Below, in pieces: positions 9,019 to 17,291 of a DNA stretch of 51,373 nt. This stretch comes from Acidimicrobiales bacterium (GTDB lineage Bacteria; Actinomycetota; Acidimicrobiia; Acidimicrobiales; CADCTF01). Both the position numbers and the translations under genes were made by a program. Numbering within the stretch: the stretch's first letter is position 1; each line of letters begins with the position of its first letter. Below the pieces are notes generated by a model. The model was not told where the DNA came from. It saw only the letters and a program-made list of their open reading frames with translations, and searched no databases. The stretch is taken from the NCBI GenBank assembly GCA_046597375.1, contig JBKJKM010000168.1, positions 1 to 51,373 of the forward strand, given 5' to 3'.

Positions 9019-9420
9019 TCAACCCCCGAGAGCCGGCAGGTCGTGGAAGAAGGCGGCGACCCGCCGGATGCGACCGTCGGTGGCGAGGTCAGCAACGTCG
9101 AGCGCGGTGACGATCACGGTGCCGTCCGGCCCGACGAGTTGCCACCCGTAGCGCACCTGGTCGTGGTGCCTGTCGAAACCGCTTGTGCGGACGAAGCGGT
9201 GGTTGGGGAAGCGCTCCTGCACGCCGGCGATCATGGCCGCGAGGTCATCGAGGCCAGTCACGTCGGCCAGAGGGTCGACGTGACGCCCGTCCTCGGTCCA
9301 GGCCTCAGCGAGGAGCGCACGACGGCGCGCGGGATGCGCCTCGTTCCAGGAGGCGAAGTACGCGTCGAGGGTGCGGGCCACCTGGTCGGTGGTGTCGTCG
9401 GTGGTTGTGGTGTCGGTCAT
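9019..9420 (-). CDS. NTF2/SnoaL-like small protein
   Basis: 133 aa. LDAYFASWNE......LLAEAWTEDG...DP is typical of the SnoaL-like fold. It is divergent from the XRE/MmyB-like regulator. Confidence 0.55.
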   Translation of the reverse strand: MTDTTTTDDTTDQVARTLDAYFASWNEAHPARRRALLAEAWTEDGRHVDPLADVTGLDDLAAMIAGVQERFPNHRFVRTSGFDRHHDQVRYGWQLVGPDGTVIVTALDVADLATDGRIRRVAAFFHDLPALGG

Positions 9421-9505
9421 GTCACCACCATGCGGCTGACGGCGTCGCGAAGCGATGACCTGACAGGGAAGCGACGAGCGCGCACGACACCGTTACCTTG
9501 ATCAG

Positions 9506-10291
9506 GTGCGCGTCGGCGAGTTGCTCCGGGACTGGCGCCAGCGACGCCGCCTGAGCCAGCTACAGCTGGCGACACAGGCCGAGGTCTCCCCGCGCCACCT
9601 CAGCTTCGTCGAGACCGGGCGCTCACGACCGAGCCCTGAGCTCATTCTCCACCTGGCCGAGCACCTCGATGTGCCCCTCCGCGAACGCAACACGCTGCTC
9701 CTCGCGGCGGGGTATGCGCCGACGTTCCGGGAGACGTCGCTCGGTGCTCCCGAGCTCGAGACGGTGCGCGGGGCGCTCGACCAGGTGCTCGTCGGCTACG
9801 AGCCCTACCCCGCCGTCGTCGTGGATCGCCGATGGGACGTTGTCGCCATGAATGGCGCCGTCGGCATTCTCCTCGAGGGCGTGAACCCGGCCCTGCTGGC
9901 CCCGCCGGTCAACGTGCTTCGCCTCGCACTCGACCCGAAGGGCATGGCGCCCCGCATCCTCAATCTCGAAGAGTGGCGGGCCCATCTCCTCGACCGTCTG
10001 CGGCGTCAGGTGTTGCTCACCGGCGACGAGGTGATGTCCGGGCTGTTCGATGAGCTCGCCGGCGGCGGTGGCACGGGAGCCAGGACATGGGCCGCGCCGT
10101 CGCTGGCCGAGTCGCCACCGGCCCTGGCCGTTCCCCTTCGTCTTCAGGGGCGTGACGGCGTCCTGTCGTTCATCAGCACGGTGACCACCTTCGGCACGGC
10201 ACTCGACGTGACCCTCGCCGAGTTGGCGCTCGAGGCGTTCCTCCCGGCGGACGCTGCGACCGCCTCGGCGCTGACCAAGACATCGACCTGA
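9506..10291 (+). CDS. XRE-family HTH regulator with MmyB-like C-terminal domain
   Basis: 261 aa. HTH region LRDWRQRRRLSQLQLATQAEVSPRHLSFVETGRSRPS, then the pattern RN.LLLAAGYAP......YPAVVVDRRWDVVAMN. Confidence 0.8.
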   Translation: MRVGELLRDWRQRRRLSQLQLATQAEVSPRHLSFVETGRSRPSPELILHLAEHLDVPLRERNTLLLAAGYAPTFRETSLGAPELETVRGALDQVLVGYEPYPAVVVDRRWDVVAMNGAVGILLEGVNPALLAPPVNVLRLALDPKGMAPRILNLEEWRAHLLDRLRRQVLLTGDEVMSGLFDELAGGGGTGARTWAAPSLAESPPALAVPLRLQGRDGVLSFISTVTTFGTALDVTLAELALEAFLPADAATASALTKTST

Positions 10292-10403
10292 GGCGCCGGT
10301 GCCGGGTTCAGCCCAGGACGTCGACCGACCACGTCGATTCCGTGGCGACGAGGACAGCTCGCCGCCGACCATCGGGGCATAACCCACCTGCTTCGGGGTC
10401 CGG

Positions 10404-10964
10404 CTACCCGCCGGTTGACCCTCCTTCGCCGCCAGGCCGACGGTGCACGTCGACCAGGTCCGCTCCGCACGTGCCACAGATGCCAGCCGACGCGGGCGTG
10501 ATCCCGTCACAGCGATCGCAAAAGATGATGCGCCCGTGGTGCGAGGTCAACTCCCAGATGGCCGAGAAGTGGCTGTACTGCCAGCGCTGGCCGTACAGGT
10601 CGCGCACGGCCGCACGGTGCTCGGGGGTCGCGGCGAAGGCGCGAGCATCGTCGGCCGTGCGCCAGAGGACGATCAGGGTGATGCTCGGTCCGTCGGGAAA
10701 GCTGTAGCGGCGGATGAAGCCCGGCGCCGTCGCCAGCAACGAGAGCAACGGGACGGCGGCCGCCCAGAATCCGGCAGCTCCGTCGGGACGGTCAAACGTG
10801 GCCTGGAGCATGAGGACCGCCCCCGCCGCTTCGGGGCCGAGTTGACCATCGGCAGTAGCACCCTGCTGGGTGGCCAGGATCGTCGGGGTGATCTGTGTGA
10901 ACGGCATCCCCAACATGGCGCCGATGGCGTCCGCCGGGGGTGGGAGGATCTGTAATTCGGCCAC
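10404..10964 (-). CDS. Hypothetical protein: ABM-like (dimeric alpha-beta barrel) segment plus C-terminal CxxC...CxxC zinc ribbon
   Basis: The listed ORF reaches 11051 and would overlap the divergent TetR start. A GTG at 10964 or an ATG at 10916 is more plausible. ITLIVLWRTADDARAFAATPEHRAAVRDLY looks ABM-like. The zinc ribbon is FCDRCDG...GICGTCG. Confidence 0.5.
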   Translation of the reverse strand: MAELQILPPPADAIGAMLGMPFTQITPTILATQQGATADGQLGPEAAGAVLMLQATFDRPDGAAGFWAAAVPLLSLLATAPGFIRRYSFPDGPSITLIVLWRTADDARAFAATPEHRAAVRDLYGQRWQYSHFSAIWELTSHHGRIIFCDRCDGITPASAGICGTCGADLVDVHRRPGGEGGSTGG

Positions 10965-10988
10965 GAGAAGTTCGCTCTCTCTATTCGT

Positions 10989-11003
10989 CCGAGTGATACT
11001 CGG
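10989..11003. promoter_or_regulatory. Perfect inverted repeat CCGAGTgatACTCGG in the divergent intergenic region (candidate TetR operator)
   Basis: Read directly from the sequence. Arms are 6 bp with a 3-bp spacer, 26 nt upstream of the TetR ATG at 11029. Confidence 0.35.
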
Positions 11004-11028
11004 ATCATTACACTGACCGTAGGATGAA

Positions 11029-11706
11029 ATGACGAATTCCGTCAAGGGCAAGCGCAGCTACCGATCGCCAACACGGTCCGTCCAGGCGGCCCAGACCCGC
11101 CAGCGGATCCTCGACGCCGCCGGCGAACTCTTCGCCGCGGACGGTTACGGCCGCACGACCGTAAAGGCCATCGCCACCGCCGCCGGCGTGGCCGGTGACA
11201 CCGTCTACGCCACGTTCGGCACGAAAGCCCGGGTGCTCACGGCGATCATCGACCAGCGCCTGGCCCCCAGCGGCGACGTCGGCAACGTGATGGATCGGCC
11301 CGAGGCCCAGACGGCGCGCACCGCCGCGGGCGCCCGGCGCCAGATCGAGGCCTTCGCCCGGGACATGGCCACCGTCTCCGAGCGTGTCCGACCGGTCTAC
11401 GAGATCTTGCGAACGGCGTCGGCCGTCGAGCCCGAGATGGCGACGGTGTTCGCCGAGATGGACGGCTACCGCTTGGTCAACATGCGACGGTTCGTCGGGT
11501 GGCTCACCGCCTCTGGCGCGTCGCTGCGGGTGGACGCCGACCGCGCCGGGGAGATCGTGTGGGCGATCGCCAGCCCGGATGTTGCCCGCTTGCTCTGCGA
11601 TGTGCGCGGCTGGAGCCAGGAGGACTACGCCGGATGGCTCGGTGACACCCTCACCGTGGCGCTGCTCGGGCGTCCGGGGCGAGCGACCCCGAGTCGCTCC
11701 TCGTAG
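11029..11706 (+). CDS. TetR/AcrR-family transcriptional regulator
   Basis: 225 aa. RBS aggatga. HTH region RILDAAGELFAADGYGRTTVKAIATAAGVAGDTVYATFGTK. Confidence 0.85.
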   Translation: MTNSVKGKRSYRSPTRSVQAAQTRQRILDAAGELFAADGYGRTTVKAIATAAGVAGDTVYATFGTKARVLTAIIDQRLAPSGDVGNVMDRPEAQTARTAAGARRQIEAFARDMATVSERVRPVYEILRTASAVEPEMATVFAEMDGYRLVNMRRFVGWLTASGASLRVDADRAGEIVWAIASPDVARLLCDVRGWSQEDYAGWLGDTLTVALLGRPGRATPSRSS

Positions 11707-11741
11707 CGTTGAGCCCACCACACTGGAGAGGACCCCCCACG

Positions 11742-12140
11742 ATGTCCACCACAGGTTTCGCCGGGCTGTACCTCGAGACGCGGGACTACCAAGCGTCCTC
11801 CACGTTCTGGTCGTCGCTGGGCTTCGTCCCCGACTTCGAGACCGGTCACGGCTCCGGGCAGTGGTCGCATCCCGCCGGCGGGCCCTACGTCTTCCTGTCG
11901 GAACACCAGGGTGAGGAGCTGCAGACCTACCCCATCCTCGGCGTCGCCGATGCCACGTCGTTCGAGCCGCAACCGCCGCTGGCCGGACTGCCGCCCTTTG
12001 TGCCCCAACACTGGGGGGTCGTCGAGGCCCTCGTACCCGATCCCGACGGTCGCTTGGTGAGTCTGCACGCCCCACTTCCAGCGGGCGTGATCGCCCCGGA
12101 CGCCGACGCGCACCACACCCAGAAGTACGGTTCGGACTGA
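11742..12140 (+). CDS. VOC/glyoxalase-fold small protein
   Basis: ATG at 11742 is preceded by GGAGAGG. FAGLYLETRDYQASSTFWSSLGF ... VPDPDGRLVSLH resembles the VOC fold. It lies directly downstream of the TetR gene. Confidence 0.55.
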   Translation: MSTTGFAGLYLETRDYQASSTFWSSLGFVPDFETGHGSGQWSHPAGGPYVFLSEHQGEELQTYPILGVADATSFEPQPPLAGLPPFVPQHWGVVEALVPDPDGRLVSLHAPLPAGVIAPDADAHHTQKYGSD

Positions 12141-12235
12141 CGCACCTGAACCTCTCGGAGCCCCTCGCTAGTGTTGAGGTCAAAGACCGACCGGGCGTGC
12201 AGCCCTGCGACAGGGGGCCATGTGCGGAGGGCCGG

Positions 12236-13390
12236 GTGAGTCGTTCGCTGGTGCTCGTCGAGGATGACGCCGGAGACACGCTTCTCGTCACCGAGATGCT
12301 CTTCGACGTCGCTCCGGATGTGCACCTCACCTGCTTCACCACGCTCCAGTCCGCTCTCGACAACTGGCCGCCCGACGCCGACTGTGCGCTGCTCGACCTC
12401 GGCCTGCCCGACGCCGTGGGACTCACGGCGCTCGAGAAGTTGCGGGCACAGATTCCGGATGTGCCTGTCGTCGTCTTGACCGGCCGCATCGACGACGGGA
12501 TCGGGCCGGAAGCCCTCGCCGCAGGAGCGCAGGACTTTCTCGTCAAGGGCGAGGTCGACGGACCCGGGCTGGAGCGGTCGCTGCGCTATGCCATCGAGCG
12601 GGGCCGAGCCACGGTCTATCAGCGCGACCTCGTGGCCGCGGAGCTGCGAGCGCAGGAGAACACCCGCCTGCAGCGAGGGTTGGTGCCGAGCCCGCTGATG
12701 GAGACCAAGGAGCTCGGTCTTGCGCTCTTCTACCGGCCAGGGAGCGAGCGGGCGCTGCTCGGTGGCGACTTCTACGACGTGGTGCAGACGCCGACCGGCG
12801 TGCACCTCCTGATCGGGGACGTCTGTGGCCACGGCCCTGACGAGGCGGCCCTGGGTGTGGCACTCCGGATCGCCTGGCGTGCCTTGGTGCTCGCCGGGCT
12901 CCCTGTCGTTGGGGTGCTCCGAGGCGTTGAGCAGGTACTTCTGGCCGAGCGGAACGACGATGAGCGGTTCGCCACCGTGGCGATGGTCTCGCTGAATCCC
13001 ACGTTGTCCGAGGCCGACATCGTGCTCTGTGGCCACCCGGCACCTCTGCTCGTCCGCGGCGACGAGGTCGTCGAGTTGGAGGTCAACGCCCTGCCAATGC
13101 TCACCATGCTCCAGGGCAGGGACATCGAGCCTGTGAAGGTGCACCTCGAAGGAAATTGGGGTCTGCTGCTGTTCACCGACGGCCTGGTCGAGGGACGGCG
13201 GTCACCCGGCGCGACCGAACGCTTCGGCGTCGATGAGCTGGCTCGCAACCTGGCGCCCCTCGTGGCCCAACGGATGGCCCGGGACGACCTGGCTCCGTCG
13301 CTGCTGGCCGAAGCGGAACGCTGCCAAGGTGGACCGTTGACGGACGATGTCGCCGTGCTGCTCGTCGGCAGCTTGGGCTGGTGGTGTTGA
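12236..13390 (+). CDS. Response-regulator receiver domain fused to a PP2C/SpoIIE-type phosphatase
   Basis: GTG at 12236 follows GGAGG. REC domain: LVLVEDDAGD...ALLDLGLPD...VVVLTG. PP2C domain: GGDFYDV, LIGDVCGHG, LLLFTDGLVE. Confidence 0.85.
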   Translation: MSRSLVLVEDDAGDTLLVTEMLFDVAPDVHLTCFTTLQSALDNWPPDADCALLDLGLPDAVGLTALEKLRAQIPDVPVVVLTGRIDDGIGPEALAAGAQDFLVKGEVDGPGLERSLRYAIERGRATVYQRDLVAAELRAQENTRLQRGLVPSPLMETKELGLALFYRPGSERALLGGDFYDVVQTPTGVHLLIGDVCGHGPDEAALGVALRIAWRALVLAGLPVVGVLRGVEQVLLAERNDDERFATVAMVSLNPTLSEADIVLCGHPAPLLVRGDEVVELEVNALPMLTMLQGRDIEPVKVHLEGNWGLLLFTDGLVEGRRSPGATERFGVDELARNLAPLVAQRMARDDLAPSLLAEAERCQGGPLTDDVAVLLVGSLGWWC

Positions 13391-14931
13391 CGGCGCCGAG
13401 CGACCGGGGGTGGGCCGGCTGGACGCTGGCGCGTCGACTGCGCGCCGCGCTGGTCGCCCTCTCCGTTCTCCTCCTGCTGGCTGGACTCGCGCTGGTCGTG
13501 GTGCTTCGACAAGCCGACCGCGCGCTGTCCAACCAGACGCAGCGGACCTTTCCCGCCCGCGTGGCGGCCAGCCAGCTCCTGACCTCCCTGGTCGACCAGG
13601 AGACCGGCTTACGGGGGTACGCCCTCACGCGAGACGAGCGGTTTCTCGAGCCGTACCGACGAGGCCTCGTCGATGAGCAGAAGACCCGAGCGCTACTCGA
13701 GCGCAACGTCCGGCCTGGTGACTCGGCTCGACTTGCGCTCCTCACGGTCGACGCCGCCATCACGGCGTGGCGCGACCAGTACGCGTCGCTGCGCATCGCC
13801 GGCGTGGACGGCGTCGGCTCGGACAGCACCATCCAGTTCGGCAGGGAGCTCTTCGAGCGGGTGCGACAGACCACCTCGGCCCTCGATGTCCAGCTGGCCC
13901 GACAGGTGAGCACGGCCCAGGACGAGGCCGATCGAGCTCGACAGCTCGTTCTGGTGGTCCTCGCTCTGATGGCGGTTGCCGTTATGGCCGCGGTTGTCGG
14001 ACTCCAACGGGCGCTGCAGAACGTCGTGCTCCGGCCGATGGGCCACCTGGCCGAGCAGGTCGCCGTCGTATCGCAGGGACAACACACCACGTCGATCCGA
14101 CCCGAGGGTCCCCCGGACATCCGGGAGATGGGTGCAGCCGTCGAGTCGATGCGGCTGGAGCTCGTCGGCGTGCTCGCCGAGGTGGAGCACCAACAGCGCG
14201 GCCTCGAGCGCAGGGCGGCCGAGCTGGCCCGTTCCAACGCCGACCTCGAGCAGTTCGCCTACGTCGCCTCGCACGACCTCCAGGAGCCGTTGCGCAAGGT
14301 CGCCAGCTTCTGCCAGCTGCTCGAGCAACGGTATGGCGGACAGCTCGATGAGCGGGCCGACCAGTACATCTCCTTCGCCGTCGATGGCGCGAAGCGGATG
14401 CAACTGCTGATCAGCGATCTGCTCACGTTCAGCCGGGTAGGCCGGACGAGCGAGGGTTTCGTGCCAGTCGACCTGGCGGTCACGATCACCAAGGCCTGGA
14501 ATGGCCTGGAGTCGCAGGTGCTGGAGACCGGCGGCCAGCTCGAACAGGACCTCGCTTCGGATTCGCAGCACGTCGTCGGCGACCCCTCGCTCCTGCAGAT
14601 GCTCCTTGGCAACCTTTTCGGCAACGCGTTGAAGTACCGCCGGGAGGACGTGGCCCCGCGGGTGCGCGTGACCACGACAACCGAAGGACCTCTGGTCCGC
14701 GTCGACGTCTCGGACGATGGCATTGGTATTCCAGCCGAGTACGCAGAGAAGGTGTTCGTGATCTTCCAGCGCCTGCACGGTCGCGACGAGTACGGGGGCA
14801 CCGGCATCGGCTTGGCTCTCGCCAAGAAGGTCGTGGAGTTCCACGGTGGCACCATTGCCGTGCTCCCGTCGCCGCTCGGCGGCGCCCGCATCACATTCAC
14901 GCTTCCTTCGGAGAAGAGCCCCGATGTCTGA
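13381..14931 (+). CDS. Sensor histidine kinase with CHASE3-like extracytoplasmic domain, HAMP, HisKA and HATPase domains
   Basis: 516 aa. The GTG start overlaps the upstream stop. CHASE3-like segment: LVDQETGLRGYALTRDERFLEPY. H-box ASHDLQEPLRKV, N-box GNALKY, G-boxes DDGIGI and GTGIGLALAKK. Confidence 0.9.
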   Translation: MVLTAPSDRGWAGWTLARRLRAALVALSVLLLLAGLALVVVLRQADRALSNQTQRTFPARVAASQLLTSLVDQETGLRGYALTRDERFLEPYRRGLVDEQKTRALLERNVRPGDSARLALLTVDAAITAWRDQYASLRIAGVDGVGSDSTIQFGRELFERVRQTTSALDVQLARQVSTAQDEADRARQLVLVVLALMAVAVMAAVVGLQRALQNVVLRPMGHLAEQVAVVSQGQHTTSIRPEGPPDIREMGAAVESMRLELVGVLAEVEHQQRGLERRAAELARSNADLEQFAYVASHDLQEPLRKVASFCQLLEQRYGGQLDERADQYISFAVDGAKRMQLLISDLLTFSRVGRTSEGFVPVDLAVTITKAWNGLESQVLETGGQLEQDLASDSQHVVGDPSLLQMLLGNLFGNALKYRREDVAPRVRVTTTTEGPLVRVDVSDDGIGIPAEYAEKVFVIFQRLHGRDEYGGTGIGLALAKKVVEFHGGTIAVLPSPLGGARITFTLPSEKSPDV

Positions 14932-15370
14932 TCCGTTCCCCTCCCAGCCCATCGAGGTCCTGCTCGTCGAGGACGATCCCGGCGACGTGTTGATGACGCA
15001 GGAGGCCTTCGCCGACTACAAGATCGCCAACCGCCTGACCGTCGTCACGAACGGTGAAGACGCGATCGCGTACCTCCGCAAGCAAGGTCGGTTTGCGGAC
15101 GCCGCCACCCCGGACCTCGTGCTCCTCGACCTCAACCTCCCCCGGCGCGACGGGCGCGAAGTCCTCCGCGACATCAAAGGAGACCCCGACCTCCGTCGTA
15201 TCCCCGTCGTGGTGTTGACGACGTCAGAAGCGGAGGAGGACGTGCTTGCGTCCTACGACCTGCACGCCAACGCCTACGTCCGCAAGCCCGTCGACTTCGA
15301 GCAGTTCGTCGCCGCTGTGCGGGCCATCGACGACTTCTTCATCACGGTGGTGCGGCTCCCCCCTCGGTGA
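14924..15370 (+). CDS. Single-domain response regulator (Rcp1-like)
   Basis: 148 aa. The ATG at 14924 overlaps the kinase stop by 8 nt. Motifs VLLVEDDPGD, DLVLLDLNLPRRDG, PVVVLTTS, ANAYVRKP. Confidence 0.9.
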   Translation: MSDPFPSQPIEVLLVEDDPGDVLMTQEAFADYKIANRLTVVTNGEDAIAYLRKQGRFADAATPDLVLLDLNLPRRDGREVLRDIKGDPDLRRIPVVVLTTSEAEEDVLASYDLHANAYVRKPVDFEQFVAAVRAIDDFFITVVRLPPR

Positions 15371-15397
15371 ACGTCGCGATGCGATCGCGAGGCTACG

Positions 15398-16591
15398 ATG
15401 CCGCCGTCTTCCCGAGAGGTGGGTCCATTGTCGACGGTGTCGCGCAGAGACGTCCTCCGGCTCGGCGCCGCCGGCGCCATCGGCCTGCTGTCGATCGATC
15501 TCCTGGCCGCCTGCGGCGACGACACCAGACCTCAGGCGACACTCGACCCGAACGACCTCGAGGCCTTCGAGCCGGGCGGATCGAAAGGAAGGCCGACCGG
15601 ACTCGCCGAACGGATCGCCTGGGCCTCCACCGCCGACTCGGAGTTCTTCCTCGCCCTCGGACGCGGCATGCAGGAGGCGGCCAGACAACGGGGGGTCGAC
15701 TACGTCACCGCGACCTCCGGCAACGACCCTGGGAAGCACGTCGATCAGATGAACGCGTTCCTCGAACAGGGCGTCGGTTCGCTGGCCATGCAGCCACTCA
15801 ACCCGGACGCAGACAGCCTGGTGCTCCAGCGGGCCATCGACAAGGGCGTCTGCGCCCAGGGCATCATCACCGCTCCGAGCACGATGCAGGTCGTGGCGAG
15901 CCAGTACCAGATCGGCTTCGATCAGGGGAAGGCCGCAGCGGACTACGTCACTGCCTCCCTGGGCGGCAACGCCGAAGTCCTCTACTTCAACCTCGACACC
16001 GCCTCGCCCCAGCTCAAGATCCGCCACCAAGGTGTCCTCGACGGCCTCAAGACCGGCGGCGGCGGGATCGAGGTCGTCGGAGACCTCACCGTGGCCGACA
16101 TCAGCACGACCTCAGGCTTCAACACGATGATCAGCGCCCTACAGACACACGCCAACATCAAGGTCGTGATGGGAGGGGACACCATCGTGGTCGGCGCCTT
16201 CAAGGCCCTGAGGGACACCGGAAAACTCAGGGACGATATGTTCCTGTCCGGCGTCGACGGCGACCGAGAAGCCCTCGATCTGATCAAGGCCGGTGGTGCC
16301 TACAAGCTCAGCATCGCCTTCGCCTGGTCGCTGATGGGCTACGGGTTGGGCCAGTTCGGGGCCGATTGGATCGAGGGCAAAGAGGTGCCTCGAGTTCTCG
16401 TCGCCAAAGGGGTGCAGCTGGACTCCGCAGCCGCCGTCGACCGGTTCACGAGTGCGAGCGCCGATCCAGCCAGCGTGTTCGCGGATCGAGCCCGATACGA
16501 GGACTACCTCCCCCTGCTCGGGAACGTCAGCCACGCGACCCGGCGCACGTACTGGACCTCGCCCATCGACCCTCCCGCCGACAAGCCCTGA
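15398..16591 (+). CDS. Periplasmic-binding-protein (type I, sugar-ABC-like) lipoprotein, with no transporter genes nearby
   Basis: 397 aa. Tat-like SRRDVLRLGAAGAIGLL followed by lipobox LLAAC. PBP1-type body (VTATSGNDPGKHVDQMNAFLEQGVGSLAMQP). Confidence 0.75.
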   Translation: MPPSSREVGPLSTVSRRDVLRLGAAGAIGLLSIDLLAACGDDTRPQATLDPNDLEAFEPGGSKGRPTGLAERIAWASTADSEFFLALGRGMQEAARQRGVDYVTATSGNDPGKHVDQMNAFLEQGVGSLAMQPLNPDADSLVLQRAIDKGVCAQGIITAPSTMQVVASQYQIGFDQGKAAADYVTASLGGNAEVLYFNLDTASPQLKIRHQGVLDGLKTGGGGIEVVGDLTVADISTTSGFNTMISALQTHANIKVVMGGDTIVVGAFKALRDTGKLRDDMFLSGVDGDREALDLIKAGGAYKLSIAFAWSLMGYGLGQFGADWIEGKEVPRVLVAKGVQLDSAAAVDRFTSASADPASVFADRARYEDYLPLLGNVSHATRRTYWTSPIDPPADKP

Positions 16592-16627
16592 TCGGACGAC
16601 GAACACACCGGGCTCGCCCAACTGACA

Positions 16628-16648
16628 CTGCCGAAGGTTTTCGGGCAG
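16628..16648 (+). terminator. Weak hairpin after the binding-protein gene
   Basis: CTGCCGAAggttTTCGG(G)CAG, 37 nt after the stop. It has one bulge and no U-tract. Confidence 0.3.
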
Positions 16649-16703
16649 GCGCCCGAGCGCGCTGAGTAGCCTCGAACACCCTTCGAAGATTGGACGAACC
16701 GAC

Positions 16704-16997
16704 ATGGGCTTTGTGCAGATCATCGAGTTCCGGACGTCGAAGATGGACGAAATGCGCGCCCTCGGCGACGAGTGGGAGGCGGCCTCGGCCAGTGACCGGA
16801 AGGCTCTCCGGCGGGTCATGTGCGAGGACCGTGACCAGCCGGGCAGGTATTTCAACATCGTGTTCTTCGACTCGTACGACGAGGCGATGGAAAACTCTGC
16901 GTTGCCGGTCACGCAGGAGTACTCGCAGAAGTTGATGGCCCTCGGCGACGGACCTCCCACCTTCTACAACCTCGACGTCCTCGACGACCGCAGCTGA
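16704..16997 (+). CDS. Small conserved hypothetical protein (97 aa), possibly a ferredoxin-like/ABM-type fold
   Basis: Clean GC3-rich ORF (MGFVQIIEFRTSKMDEMRALGDEWE...YFNIVFFDSYDEAMENS). Function is not recognisable from sequence. Confidence 0.5.
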   Translation: MGFVQIIEFRTSKMDEMRALGDEWEAASASDRKALRRVMCEDRDQPGRYFNIVFFDSYDEAMENSALPVTQEYSQKLMALGDGPPTFYNLDVLDDRS

Positions 16998-17059
16998 AGG
17001 AGGTCACCGCACGGTCGGCGGCCGGGCGGTGGCGTCGACGAGGATCCGACATCACCGTT

Positions 17060-17079
17060 AGTGACTGCAGATTGTCACT
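17060..17079. promoter_or_regulatory. Inverted repeat AGTGAC-N8-GTCACT in a lower-GC patch of the long leader upstream of the second LAXTG protein
   Basis: Read directly: ttAGTGACtgcagattGTCACTcaa. It lies about 215 nt upstream of the ATG at 17292. Confidence 0.25.
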
Positions 17080-17291
17080 CAAGCACGGAGCGTGGTCGTC
17101 CGAAGACTCCCGTGACGGTCCAGCATCGCCGGACCGTCGCAAAGGGAAGCGTTGATCCGAGCAGTCCTCACCGGCTCCAAACCAGGAGCACGGAGAAAAT
17201 CCGGTCGCCAAGACCGCTCGGGGAGTGAGTGGCGAGACCGACCCGGCCTCTAGGAGTCACCACCGTGGTGGCCCTACCGGACGGGAGAGCA

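Noticed and set aside
6029-9151. 1040-aa plus-strand ORF spanning the ABC exporter, the LigD polymerase gene and the NTF2 gene
   Set aside because: It is an antisense shadow ORF typical of high-GC DNA. Its composition is Arg/Gly/His/Asp-rich with no motifs, and the opposite strand carries three genes with clear family signatures. The same reasoning applies to 4413-6050 (+), 2145-3572 (-), 3074-4498 (-), 11008-12546 (-), 11927-13144 (-), 13693-14952 (-), 17274-18614 (-), 23304-24725 (-), 24692-26167 (-), 28100-29122 (+), 32774-33763 (-), 36435-37619 (+), 39915-41039 (+) and 45973-47313 (+).
16998-17291. Riboswitch (c-di-GMP, c-di-AMP/ydaO, other) in the long leader
   Set aside because: Short resemblances (gtcgcaaaggg, cggggag) do not extend to any consensus core that I can reconstruct. 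I kept it only as an unexplained long leader, not as an RNA feature.
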